A DNA stretch of 64,000 nucleotides, counting the filler, from Stramenopiles sp. TOSAG23-3 (lineage: Eukaryota), in assembly GCA_900128585.1 (NCBI GenBank). It is 15 parts of 15 records of this genome, joined end to end, with 100 filler letters (N's around TTAATTAATTAA, not from the genome) between each part and the next. Parts side by side here need not be neighbours in the genome. Positions count along the whole stretch, not along the records: positions 60,057 to 64,000 come from LT644017.1; 14 more parts are not named here. One strand, written 5' to 3'. A model generated the notes under the pieces. It was given only the letters and a program-made list of their open reading frames with translations. It ran no database searches and was not told the origin of the DNA. Below, piece after piece: positions 63,237 to 64,000 of the stretch (position 1 is its first letter; the number at the start of each line of letters is the position of its first letter). Both the position numbers and the translations under genes were made by a program.

Positions 63237-63875
63237 TTATTCTCTCTCTTTGCCCCACTTAAGATTTCGGGGGCTGTACCTAAACAGTTGGTTGGATGTT
63301 TTTTTATGCTGCTTTTCCCCACCAAAGACGAACATGGTGCGATTGTACGCTACAGCCGTATGATCGAATAACGAAGGTGGCGACTTAGATTTCGTGGTAA
63401 TTTTGCGCCACGTGAATTGTCCACTGCAAACAGAGCTAGAGTCCAGCTTTACATCCTTCTCCAAATCAAGAACATAGAGCTTATTCCCAGCAAACCCATG
63501 CTTACAGATGCCCCCGAAGAGGTATAGTAATTTGTCGATAGCAATTACAGTGTGTCGGGCCCTTCCTCCTTCTTTCGTCTCGCACTCGGCGGAAGGAGAT
63601 AAGTTTGTCCATCTGTATGTTTCTGGGTCAAATATATGCAGGTCATCGAAGAATTTCTTACCATTTGTGCCTTGAACGATGTATAGCTTCTCTTGCACAG
63701 CTAACGCAACATGCTGGAAGCGCTTGCATGGCTTTGTACCATTAGTCTCTTCCTTGCTTTCCGGTCCTATTTCAACCTCTTGGCCCTCAGATACTTTCAC
63801 CCAAGGCGCACTCATCACGGTACTCCTTTCGCTCTGAAGTAAGTTCCCTTGCGTGATTTGTTCCACGGTCAGCAT
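63237..63875 (-). CDS. Kelch-repeat protein (about 3 repeats; possibly truncated or frameshifted)
   Basis: RFQHVA...LYIVQG...DDLHIFD, RARHT...LYLFGG and FDHTAV...MFVFGG. Confidence 0.7.
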   Translation of the reverse strand: MLTVEQITQGNLLQSERSTVMSAPWVKVSEGQEVEIGPESKEETNGTKPCKRFQHVALAVQEKLYIVQGTNGKKFFDDLHIFDPETYRWTNLSPSAECETKEGGRARHTVIAIDKLLYLFGGICKHGFAGNKLYVLDLEKDVKLDSSSVCSGQFTWRKITTKSKSPPSLFDHTAVAYNRTMFVFGGEKQHKKTSNQLFRYSPRNLKWGKERE

Positions 63876-64000
63876 ATAACTGTGCCCCTCTTCTGCCTTC
63901 GTTATTTTATATCACGTGGCCTTGGTCTTCAGAAGAAAGTGGAGAGGGTGTATTTAGTAACCAGTGTGTTTTGACTTTTTATTTCGTTTATATATTTTAT

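Noticed and set aside
1-64000. tRNA, rRNA or telomeric repeats
   Set aside because: None were recognisable by eye; tRNAscan-SE or Infernal would be needed to exclude them formally.

Overview
This is eukaryotic, intron-poor protist DNA. Gene content and architecture suggest a stramenopile, but that is an inference. The window is not one locus: it is 15 unrelated contigs of about 4.2 kb, sorted by decreasing length and joined by artificial 100-nt N44-TTAATTAATTAA-N44 linkers, so synteny across linkers is meaningless and several genes are cut at contig edges. GC-rich coding regions alternate with very AT-rich, (GAA/TTC)n-rich intergenic DNA. Recognisable genes include VAP, mitochondrial EF-G1, isopentenyl phosphate kinase, AMPK/SNF1 beta, a nucleotide-sugar transporter, AcpS, a DHX33-like helicase, a PKD2-like channel with one intron, an AGC kinase, a synergin-gamma-like protein, an APC polyamine/amino acid transporter and eIF2A with a homopolymer frameshift. 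One contig is a DIRS-type tyrosine-recombinase retrotransposon with more than 2.3 kb of dual-frame coding and a probable ICR/right-end structure. The most interesting candidates are unusual domain fusions. (1) An 'RLENxxWR' module plus GT4 glycosyltransferase plus an intact NT5C-type HAD phosphatase, which parallels sucrose-phosphate synthase architecture and may be a bifunctional glycoside synthase/phosphatase. (2) A signal-peptide histidine phosphatase fused to a superoxide-reductase-like domain. (3) A self-cleaving peptidase S74/ICA protein with an unrecognised NLS-bearing N-terminus (MYRF-like logic). (4) A TauD dioxygenase fused to an aldo-keto reductase. (5) A DUF4145/HEPN-like domain with IQ motifs. 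All family calls come from motif recognition by eye; no searches were run.
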